A stretch of 64,000 nt of DNA, from assembly GCA_030264375.1 (NCBI GenBank), contig JASCQW010000162.1:60200445-60264444 (forward strand). The letters run 5' to 3'. A model generated the notes under the pieces. That model searched no databases. It saw only the letters and a program-made list of their open reading frames with translations, and had not been told where the DNA came from. The stretch is from Carcharhinus longimanus (taxonomy: Eukaryota). Below are positions 53,977 through 64,000 of this stretch, in pieces (within the stretch, counting starts at the first letter, position 1; each line of letters opens with the position of its first letter). The translations under genes and the position numbers were made by a program.

Positions 53977-54213
53977 CGTTACAGTTAGGTCCACGCTTTC
54001 TCTTTATACCTGAGGCTGTGCTGGTGTCTTTATTTGGGTCTGTACTGAGTCATTTTGCTGGAGCGTCTGCTCTTTCTTTTGATGAGATCTGTTAGTGCTC
54101 CTTATCTGTGTTTTGTACTGCTGCAACTGTTGTACTTTGATTTGTATCCTTTCTTCCATACTGTAGATCACATTGCTGTTATACTGTAATATTCTTCTGT
54201 CTCCCTCATTCAG

Positions 54214-54339
54214 GTCTCAATGCCACACCAGTGGTTGGAAGGCAATTTGCCTGTCAGTGCAAAATGTACTGTCTGTGACAAAACATGTGGCAGTGTTCTA
54301 CGTCTGCAGGATTGGCGCTGCCTATGGTGTAAAGCGATG
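54214..54339 (+). CDS. DGKD: DGKD coding exon (C1B zinc finger)
   Basis: cattcag|GTC...ATG|gtgagc; 126 nt; [42 protein letters not shown]. Confidence 0.96.
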
Positions 54340-55904
54340 GTGAGCAGAACATTTTTATTGGTTTGTTAGTCAGAACAGGGCTCACACATCATTGTGATAA
54401 ATGGTGATTTTCTGTTGAAATTTCAACCTCCCTTCTTTTTGAGCATGAAGCAGTTTTTAAAAATCTTAAATCACACAATTAGGTAGAGCTGAAGTTTTCT
54501 TTATAAATTGGAGAAAATTTCATTGCTGCCTGTCCAATTTGATAGAAATCAGTTCACAAAATTTTTATATCACTGTTTGCAAAATCAGCTGTTTCTGTGT
54601 TCCCATAACTGGAATTAAAAGTCTAATGATGACCACAAAACCAAAGGCGATTGTCATAAAAACCCATCTGGTTCATTAGTGTCCTTTAGGGAAGGAAATC
54701 TGTTGTCCTTACCTGGTCTGGCCTACATGTGACTGCAAGCCCACAGCAATGCAATTGACTCTTAACTGCCCTCAGGAATGGGCAATAAATGCTGCAATGC
54801 CCACATCCCATAAACAATTATTAAAAAAAACCTGATTATTACAATGTCCTCTGTAACATGACTTCCCCAACCAATACTTCTCTCCCCTTTCTCCCCTCCT
54901 ACCTGAAGACAACTCTCCTCTTTGTCTTCCGCTCTGTTTTACTTATCTCCCTCACTTCCTGTTTTTCCTTGTTTCCTGTTCAGGACACCCCTGTGCTTCC
55001 CATTTTCCACCCCATCTCTGCCGTCACCTAACTCTGCCATTAGATCTCCTCTTCTCATTTCTCCCATCCCTCATGAATTCCTCCTTTCCACTACTCAATC
55101 TTCTCACCCTCTTTCCCTCTTGTTCACCCACTTTCCAGATCTTTGCCCCTGTCAAAATTTGTTCTCCATTTCCCCTAATTATACTTACCCTCTCCCACAA
55201 ATCTACTTTCAATCATTTTGCATCTTACCTCCATTGATTTCTTTCTGATGTAAGCTTCCTGTCTTATCTTTAGCCTTCTCCCCCATCTCTGCTTCATGTC
55301 TCCACATTGTTCTTGACAGTCCCAGTTCTCCCAGTCTTCCCATTGATTTTGTCATGGATGGGCTTCAGAGCTGCATCCTGAATTTCAGACATTACTGGAT
55401 CAGACTAAAACCAGAGTTCTGCACAAGGTCTTTTCCTGAAGAAAGGGAGAAGTGCCAAGTAGAAGTAGGAAGCAGGCTCATGGCTGTGTTGTTTGTGAAG
55501 TAGGGAGCAGCCTCATGGCTGTGAAAATGTTTGTACCCTGAGTAGAAACAAGTTAACTTTATTGCTATTCATTGGATGCCATCTATGGAAACACGATGTA
55601 CACCGATTAAGAGAATTAGCCATTTGCCATAGTTGAACTAGATAATTTTATTTGAAACCATGCCAATATTTGGCTGTGTGGAGCTGAACTCCTATTTTGA
55701 CAGTCCAGGTTAGATCAGCAACTTGCTCCCATTGGAATTTCACTGAATTTCAATTATTTAGGAATGTCCCATTACAAGTTACCTATTGCAACCAGCTGTA
55801 TCAGAGAGTACAATCTGTAGTAACCTTGAACAGACAATAAATTCTATCTATTCACTCAATCCTAACTCACTTTGTTCTCTGCTGTCCTCCTGTTCAGTTT
55901 TATT

Positions 55905-56222
55905 TAAGTTTTAAGTTTATGTTTATTTATTAGTATCACAAGTAGGCTTACATTAACACAGCAATGAAGTTACTGTGCAAATCTCTTAGTCACCACACTC
56001 CAATGCCTATTTGGATACACTGAGGGAGAATTTATCATGGCCAATGCACCTGATCAGCATCTTTTGGACAGTGGGTGGAAACCAGAGCACCCAAAGGAAA
56101 CCCACGCAAACATGGGGAGAGTGTTGCAGACTGTGCACAGACAGTGACCCAAGCTGGGAATCAAAACTGAGCCTCTGGCACTGGGAGGCAGTGGTGCTAA
56201 CCACTGTGCCACCGTGCCGCCC
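55905..56222 (-). mobile_element. HE1-family SINE ending ~50 nt upstream of a DGKD exon
   Basis: Head gggcggcacggtggcacagtggttagc on the minus strand. Confidence 0.92.
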
Positions 56223-56274
56223 TCCAGTGTGGATCATTGTGTGCTAATTTCTGTGTCCTGTTCTTTGCCTCTAG

Positions 56275-56377
56275 GTACACACAACCTGTAAAGACATGCT
56301 TCCTGTCAAATGTCCACTGGGACAATGTAAAGTTTCCGTCATTCCTCCAACTGCACTCAACAGTATAGACTCTGATG
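56275..56377 (+). CDS. DGKD: DGKD coding exon (end of C1B)
   Basis: ctctag|GTA...GATG|gtgagt; 103 nt, phase 0/1; [34 protein letters not shown]. Confidence 0.96.
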
Positions 56378-56479
56378 GTGAGTTCAACACTTTTGCTTCA
56401 AAGAGCATTAACGTGCTTTCAAACTAGGGGGGACACGGAAATTGGAATTAAACCAAGGTTTGAAATGGGTGAGACATTG

Positions 56480-57005
56480 ACTCGAGGTTTTTTCTAAAAC
56501 TAGAGTGAGTGAGATATTTGACCCAATACTGGGATGGGAGTGGTTGACATGTATGGCCTAAGAGAAAGTGTGATGTGGAAAGTTTGTGAGTGAGTGTGAA
56601 GGATGCTATGAACAGTTGTAAGCGAGTTTGTAAATGAATGTTAGCTTTGATTGAGAGAGTGGGCACAATGTAGTTTGTGAGTGAGTGTCAGTAATTGTGA
56701 AAAAGTCTGCAGGTGGAACTGAAAGAATAAGTTAATGTAAGAGGTGCTGCAAGAATTTGAGTGTGACAATGAGGGAACTGTAAGTGTGAGTGATTCTGAG
56801 AGAATTTGCAAAAGTTTGAGCAAGTGAGAATTTGTGAGCAGTTAAGGAAAAGTGTGAAGGTGTTTGAGTGTTTGTGAATCGTGTTGAGAGTTTCCAATTG
56901 ACCTTTAGGGGTTCTTCAAGAGTGTAAGTGGTTGTGAGAAGGTGTCAGCAGTAGTGAGAGAATATGAGTGAGTTTGTGAGTGGTGTTACAAGGATGTGAG
57001 GCGTT
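56480..57005. repeat. Low-complexity GTGA-rich degenerate repeat
   Basis: Recurrent agtttgtgagtgagtgt. Confidence 0.6.
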
Positions 57006-57199
57006 GACTTACAGCATGTAGGGTCTTGAGTTCATTAAAATATTATACAACCACCCATGGGCAACCTCAGCTTGACCTAGTTTCATGCTGTTGACTGAGT
57101 GTAGGCACAAAATGCTGTTATAGTGCTAACTATATACCTAGTACCAAATGCTGCCCTTTCCATTAGTGGTAGGGTCTAAACAAATTAAACTGGCAAAAG

Positions 57200-58245
57200 C
57201 CCAAACTATCAACCAAACAGTGTAAAGGCACCCAACAGCAACCATTCTGTAGGGGAGAGCATATAGAAAGAAGTAATGAGGGCTTGTGTGAAAGGTATGG
57301 CGATAATCATAGTTGATTTTAATCTAACAAGTAGATTGGGCAGATCAGATTGGCAAAGGTAGCNNNNNNNNNNNNNNNNNNNNNNATTCAGGGCAATTTG
57401 AGTTCTAGAGCCAACCAGAGAGCAGGCTATTCTAGACCTGTTAATGTGCAACCAGACAAGATTAATAAATAACCTCATAGCAAACGCATCCGAGGTAATA
57501 GTGATCATGTCATGGTTGAGTTTGGCATTCAGTTTGAGGGAGGAAGAGTGGATCTAAGACTAGTGTTTTGAACTTAAATAAGGACAGTTATGAGAGTAAG
57601 GAGACATAGCTGGCTAAAGTGAACTTGGAAATTGGATTATGGGATAAGTCAGTAGAAATGCAGAGGCAGACATTTATATGGATATATTTTGTAACACTCA
57701 GCAAAGATATATTCCAGTGAGAAAGGTTCTAGGGCAAGGACATATTATCAGTGACTAACTATGGCAATTAAAGAGGGTATCAAGTTGAAAGAGAAAGCAT
57801 ACAATTCCATGAAGATTTATAGCATGTTAAAAGATTGAACAGGATAGAAAAAACAGCAAAGAATGGCCAAAAAAAAGGGAGAAATTGGAGGAGAGAAAGC
57901 AAGCAAGAAATATGAAAGCAAATCCCTTCTCCACAGGCGAGACTAGAACTATGGGACACAGTTTCAAAATAAGGGATCTCCCATTTAAGACGGAGATGAA
58001 GAGCAATTTTTTTCTCTCAGTGAGTGGTGAATCTGAAATTCTCTTCTCCAGAAAGCAAAAGAGACAGGGTTATTAAACATTTTTAAAGCTGGTTTAGTTA
58101 GATTCTTGATGTATAAGGTAGTCAAAGGGTATTGGGAATAGACAGTAAGTGGAGTTGAGGCCACAGCTGAATCAGCTGCGATCTTGTTGAATGACAGAGC
58201 AGACTCGATTGGGCTACTCCTCTTAATTCATATATTCGTATGTAA
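57200..58245 (+). mobile_element. Internally deleted CR1 (APE region joined to 3' tail)
   Basis: EPTREQAILDLLMCN remnant, followed by a CR1 3' end. Confidence 0.8.
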
Positions 58246-58358
58246 GAAATACAGGGGTCTGGGTGAACAGGTAGTCATGCAATTACTAAACTTATCACAT
58301 TTTTTCATTTAGCAACCATCTCAGTAAACTTTGTAATCAAATTTCTGCTGTTCTTTAG

Positions 58359-58521
58359 GGTTTTGGAAAGCAACGTGCCCACCATCATGTACCAGTCCGC
58401 TTCTTGTGTTTGTGAACTCTAAAAGTGGAGATAACCAAGGGGTGAAGTTCTTAAGGAGATTCAAGCAGTTACTGAACCCGGCTCAGGTGTTTGACTTGAT
58501 GAACGGAGGCCCGCATCTTGG
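58359..58521 (+). CDS. DGKD: DGKD coding exon (start of catalytic DAGKc domain)
   Basis: ctttag|GG...GG|gtagga; 163 nt, phase 1/2; [55 protein letters not shown]. Confidence 0.97.
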
Positions 58522-58879
58522 GTAGGAGGTGCTTAAAGCACACACCTTTGCAGTTTAGATTTATCAGACTACTGGGGCAGAGTGCAACTTTTGTTAAAAC
58601 AAAAACAGAACTGCTGTCATATTGGGTGACCAGGTGAGAGGGTTGGTTCAAGGTCAGGCGGGAATCATCACAATTACTGCTCCAGGTCACTCTCTAGTAG
58701 CCCTGCTGGGAAGAGTTCATGGATGGATGGCAGGTGGCAACAGGATAGGGCCCAGCTATGGTGCACTCACCATGCTCACAATACCATGCTGGTCTTCATT
58801 GCTCAAGCTCTTTCACAAAGCATGGCCACAGTGAGGAACCAGAGACTGGCTGGAGGCTTGCACAAACCAGCCAGCAGTC

Positions 58880-59135
58880 ATTTAAGTTATGAGAGTTAAC
58901 AATGTGGAGGTTCTAATTGTGAAAGTTATAACAATTGTAATTGTGGGAGCTAAAACAGAGTTCTAGTTGTGGGAGTTATTACTGAGGCCTAGTTGTGGGA
59001 TTTATCATTGAGGTCCAATTAAGCAATTTATTATTGAGGTCTAATTGTGGGAATTATAATCTATAATTGCAGAAATTATGCTGGGAATAATTATAGTTAT
59101 AATTATGGGTGTATAAAATATTATTATTGGAGATT
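58880..59135. repeat. Degenerate tandem repeat (ctaattgtgggagttat)
   Basis: Recurrent taRttgtggga; an inverted relative lies at ~18480-18910. Confidence 0.6.
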
Positions 59136-59745
59136 TGAATAGACTTGGATAGGTCGAATATGTGTGTTAACAGACAGCTCTTTCTCGAAATGGGTTCAGG
59201 TCTAATTTGCTACTTCAGTAAGGAAGGAAGTAATATTCACCGTGCTTCTGCATAATGATGCAGGGCAAGAGAAAGGCCTAAAAATAGGGAAAACACTTGG
59301 ACGCAATGATCACAATGTAATTGATAGCAGAGGTACTTGACAAGAACAAATTAATAGTGAGAAATTAAGGATTTCTTAAATTGCAAAATTAGCAAACTGA
59401 GCAAAGGGAAATACGAAAAACACAAGATAAGATGAGAGCCGTTGAAAATACGGATAGTGAACAAGTGCTTATGGACAACTTGGCTTTGTTCTATGATTCT
59501 ATCATTGTGAGCGGTAGCTTGGCAGAGAAACAAATGCGCAAGAATGGAAACAATAGAGTAAGAAAGGAGAAAAGGCGAGTTGGATGATATTCGTCTGCTT
59601 TGGAGTGACATTCAATTGAGGAATGCAGGTAAACCAATCTGAGAACATTAGTTGGGGTTCTTGTCATTGTCATTACTTGTGTTTATTTTCAGATAGTACA
59701 GATCAAACAACAGTGTGATTTTACATGCTGTCTTTTTGTTCACAG

Positions 59746-59854
59746 TTTGCGGTTGTTCCAGAAGTTTGATACATTTCGAATCCTTGTGTGTGGTGGAGAT
59801 GGCAGTGTTGGATGGGTGCTGTCTGAAATTGATAGTCTCAATCTCCACAAGCAG
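59746..59854 (+). CDS. DGKD: DGKD coding exon (GGDG ATP-binding motif)
   Basis: ttcacag|T...CAG|gtatta; 109 nt, phase 2/0; [36 protein letters not shown]. Confidence 0.97.
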
Positions 59855-60805
59855 GTATTATCTAGAGTGTCCTGTAGAAAAATCTGAAAAATCATCTTGT
59901 TCTTTTTGATTGGAGGTAAAGACTCAATAACAACTGTGGTTGGTGTACGTGATTCCACAACCAAGTAAATGCAAATCCAGAGAAAAAAGAGGTCCGACAG
60001 TCCAAATACAAAAGAATCTATGGGCTGAATTTCATGCTCCCCCGCCTGTATGTTTTTCTGCGGTGGGGTGAATGTTAAATGGAAGGAACAGCCTTCCATC
60101 TGGGTCCCTGTCAGCCCCTACCACAGTGATTTTAAACTGAGACGGGCAAGTTCTCAGCTGAAATGCCTGCCTATGCCTCAACTGAGGCCCTTAATTCATT
60201 TTCCAGCCACCCATGGCCTGGGAGATCCTCCTACCCTGACTCAATTTTGAGGCTGGCGGGAAGATTTCCTGGGCCATAGGGTAGTAGGAAAGTGATCGGG
60301 CTTAAGTGTTGGCCTGGCCTCTGGATTCCCCCAGCCCTGGCCTCGGCCTCTTCCTTCAACATCCCAGTTCCCACTCTTCATCCTGCCCACACTAGGACCT
60401 CGAAAAACTTACTTGGCTGTCCAGTCCTGGGATTGACGCTGTGGCATCTTCAAGCACTTCCTTTTGTATCAGCTGCAGCTGTTGAGATGGTGGGAATGGA
60501 AACCCTGCCATACAAAATGTTCAGGCCCATGTTTGATTTTGTGATTGAGCCTCTCATCCCACTTCCTCCAGTGCCAGTTGATTTTTCAGTCAGACCATCT
60601 TCATTTTTATTCCATGTCTGATAATTCTAACATTGAATCCAACATTTCACAGCTCGCATTGTTATCAGAGGCCACATTTGAAGGTGGTGTCGGAGGTTGA
60701 AGTTAAGGGGATGTGTGGCACAGAGCGCTGCATTTGAGAGTGGGTATTTCAGGATATCACTGACTTCTGGGTCTATTATTTTTAATAACTGCCAAACTTT
60801 TTCAG

Positions 60806-60945
60806 TGTCAGATGGGAGTTCTGCCTTTGGGTACCGGCAATGATCTGGCACGTGTTCTGGGATGGGGTTCAGCCTGCGATGATGACACACAGCTCCCTCA
60901 AATCCTGGAGAAGCTGGAGCGAGCAAGCACAAAAATGCTGGATAG
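60806..60945 (+). CDS. DGKD: DGKD coding exon ([16 protein letters not shown] motif)
   Basis: tttcag|TGT...AG|gtgaga; 140 nt, phase 0/2; [47 protein letters not shown]. Confidence 0.97.
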
Positions 60946-61973
60946 GTGAGAAAATTGTTTAAAAATTCAATGGATTTCGTTTATTTTACTACATCAGTGG
61001 AGCCTGTTATTCTCCATTCTGTTGATTTCACTTAAAGCACAATCGTACAACACCACTTTGTTACCTCTGTACTTAGATGCACAATAACTTCACATCTTTG
61101 ATTCTGGGAGGGGCAAAGCAGTCAGGGTCCCTGCTCCTGACCACAATCCTGTTGGAAAGTGCATGTATGTGGATGTTGAGTGAGGACAGAATTGGGCGCA
61201 GCAATGATCTTTCTTCACAGTCAGGTAATCTGCTGACACTCTGTAGGCGCAGACATTTGTTGATGCTTGTGGAATTTTTATCCCAGGATGGGTTAATGCT
61301 GACAAGGAGGTGAGACGATAAAGACATTCAGCACCAAGCTTATAGACATGTTGATAAAAGCCAAAGTGGCCAGTAACTGAGAAAATATGAAAGAAAGTTT
61401 ACTCCACAAATAACAAACATTACAACATTGTGTGGATGTGGCTGAGACAACAGCAAGCATTGCGGATCCCTGGGACACGCCGTCCAACACCTTGAGTTCA
61501 TTATCCCGGACCAGTCGGCTCGGGGAATAGGGCAGGGCACGATGGTGGAACAATCAGGAAGCAACAGAGGGCCAGGTAACAGGCATTTCTCCTGCATTCA
61601 TGAGAGGCTATTTACAGAGTGCCTCTCACCACAGGGTGAGAGCAGGGTGCTTACCTATGGGCTTGGGATTGGTGCATGGTTGTGGGAAGAGGATAATGAT
61701 GTGTCAGAAGAGTGGGAGACTAATGATACGTAGTTCAACGGAAGAGTAATGGAGTATGGTACTGGGTGAAGGTAAAAATGCACATTATGGGGAATTAGTA
61801 ACTGTGCATGTGGAAGGGGGGTAGTGCATGTTGCAAGGAGAAGAAGAATGGTGCATGATATAAGGTGGTTAAAGTAATGATGTTTAGGGAAATGCTGTAA
61901 CCTTGAATGATGTGCTGCAACGAAGAAAATGGGAAACTCATGAGCAATATCTAATCAATGTTCATTTTTACAG

Positions 61974-62058
61974 GTGGGGTATTATGGTTTACGAGACAAA
62001 AGTTCCACGACACTCCTCATCTTCAATAGGGACCGAGGATTTCAGTGACGATTTAGAG
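61974..62058 (+). CDS. DGKD: DGKD coding exon (catalytic end / linker)
   Basis: ttttacag|G...GAG|gtactg; 85 nt, phase 2/0; WGIMVYETKVPRHSSSSIGTEDFSDDLE. Confidence 0.92.
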
Positions 62059-62628
62059 GTACTGCACTATATGGGTACTGAGCTCAACACCTCAAAAACG
62101 ATTGTTAGGGAATGCAAGGATCTAGCTCGCATATAGAAGTGGAACTGAGTAATAATCTAGCCAACCATCAGATATTGTCCAGCAGTAGGGTTGTGGAATG
62201 GTGAGGACAAGTGTATAAATCCTTTTTCTGCATTCATAGCTAAATTCTCATTCATAGCTAAAGGCTCTCTCCAAGTTCTTTCCCCAGAGCTATCTGTGCA
62301 GCTAGAAGGCTTATGTTTCATGTATATCACAGTTGGTATGGTTTTGAACAACATTTTAAATGTAATGATAATAAGGAATCTTTCTGAAAATCTGAGATGA
62401 CTGCAGGAAGATTTGATAGGTTTTTAAAATTATGAAAAATACGTATCAAGATCAGATTGAATAGCTAAATAGCTTTGAGGGGCTGAATGGCCTACTCTTA
62501 TTCCTATGTTTTTTCTCTTTATTCCTGAACAATCTAACCAATAACATTATTGTTTCGTGCAAATTTAAAAAGGCTGGATTGTGAGGGTAAGTGATCTGTC
62601 TCTTGTTCTGTGTCCCAATTTTTCTCAG

Positions 62629-62723
62629 GTACAGCAGATTTCGTTCTACGAAGATTCAGTCGCTGCACACCTGTCAAAAATCCTGACATCAGACCAACAT
62701 TCAGTGGTCATATCATCAGCAAA
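62629..62723 (+). CDS. DGKD: DGKD coding exon (linker)
   Basis: ttctcag|GTA...AA|gtgagt; 95 nt, phase 0/2; [32 protein letters not shown]. Confidence 0.95.
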
Positions 62724-63380
62724 GTGAGTAGTGTGCAACAACATATATCTAGCCTAAGCCAGGGCATTTCATTTACACGTCTTAATAGTTTCAACTATTC
62801 CTACCTGTTCTTTCCCACATTCCATCTGGTTGCAACTCCTCTCCCTCCAATTGCCTGCTTAGAAAATAGACCAGACTACAACAATTGTGACTTTTTTCAC
62901 AATTAGAGCAACAGCACTTCTGTATGCTGAAGCAACAACTGCTGATATCCATGGAAACAAAAATGTTTATGAAATAAATAGATGCCAAAGAACCTTTGTA
63001 GTGTGCAGCTAAATATGATAAAAAAGAAAACCAAAGTTTAGATTCATAACGATGCATACAAAAATACAAGTTGAAGAAGCAGCGTTAAATGTCATAGACC
63101 CTTGCGGCTTTCAGCAGTCAGGATTGTGGCTTCTGATTACTTGCTGCAGTCCACCAGTTCCTGTAATTCAGTGAGGATCATATAGTTAGTTTTGGTCAAT
63201 CACAAATCAGGAAACAAAAAGAAACATGATTCAGTCGTTAGGTCAAGGTTGATTTAACACGATAAAACCAACAGAACCATTGAAAGGGTGCCTACATGTG
63301 GCACAAGTCAAACACGCCAAGATCCAATCTGAATGGCATCAGGTGCTGATCAGCTTTTTTCATCTGCTTCCTCTTTGCAG

Positions 63381-63480
63381 AGTGCTTTGCGAAACAGTTA
63401 AAGATTTTGTTGCACGGGTTGGGAAGGCTTATGAAAGGACAACAGAGAACTGGGAAGAATCTGAGACTATGGCGAGAAAG
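63381..63480 (+). CDS. DGKD: DGKD coding exon (linker)
   Basis: ctttgcag|A...AAG|gtatgc; 100 nt, phase 2/0; [33 protein letters not shown]. Confidence 0.95.
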
Positions 63481-64000
63481 GTATGCAGGGAAAGTTGCAC
63501 CGTCAGCTATTTCCTTTTTTTCCCTTCAGTTTTCTGTCATAGTGGCACTGACTCTTTTTGGAATACAACTCCACAGGTACTGGCTCACCCCCTGATGTGT
63601 CACTCAAGGATGTGTCATTCTTAAAGTATGAGATGAGACAATGAGTGCCACTGTGCTAGACAGCTGTGGATAGCTTATTCTTTTCCTGAGACTTTGTGCT
63701 CTGTATTCGTTCGTATTAAATATCACTTGCCACCAATGTGTTCCCTTTAAAATTTTGTTCTCCAGTTTGAGCAGTTCTTTTCAGTGGATGGTACTTCATA
63801 TGGAACAAGGCTTGTACAAGACCTTTTGCCACTGTAGCTGATTTTCCCACCAGTCAAGATCCCTTTATATTTGGTTGGCTTCTAACCTTGTGCTTGAAAC
63901 CTCCTCTCAACTTGTTTGTTATCATCTGCAAAAGTAGGTAACTTTGTTTCTAGTGCCAGCTCCAAATAATTGATGTACACTAATGGCTAAATCACTGATC

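Noticed and set aside
11936-63480. Calling the gene DGKH or DGKK
   Set aside because: Diagnostic segments ([69 protein letters not shown]) fit DGKD

Overview
Eukaryotic genomic DNA from a draft assembly with 12 N-gaps. The repeat complement (HE1/V-SINEs, HER1/CR1 LINEs, Deu-domain SINEs, Penelope derivatives) points to a shark. The + strand carries the central part of a diacylglycerol kinase delta gene (DGKD). Ten coding exons with canonical AG/GT sites can be read: two PH-domain exons, the C1B exons, the catalytic subdomain with GGDG, and the linker. The exons expected for the PH C-terminus and C1A domain could not be found. The main anomaly is an intact 83-nt Cys-loop exon of a GABA-A receptor alpha subunit (GABRA5-like) lying antisense upstream of the first visible DGKD exon. 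It is bracketed by a 77-nt near-identical duplicate and a gap, so it is either an assembly chimera or a transposed gene fragment. Smaller observations include TSD-flanked Penelope-derived hairpin mini-elements with hammerhead-like remnants, a duplication/inversion scar, an LF-SINE-like element and candidate alternative splice sites. Most ORF-track entries are repeat remnants or noise. All family assignments are by eye and from memory, not from database searches.
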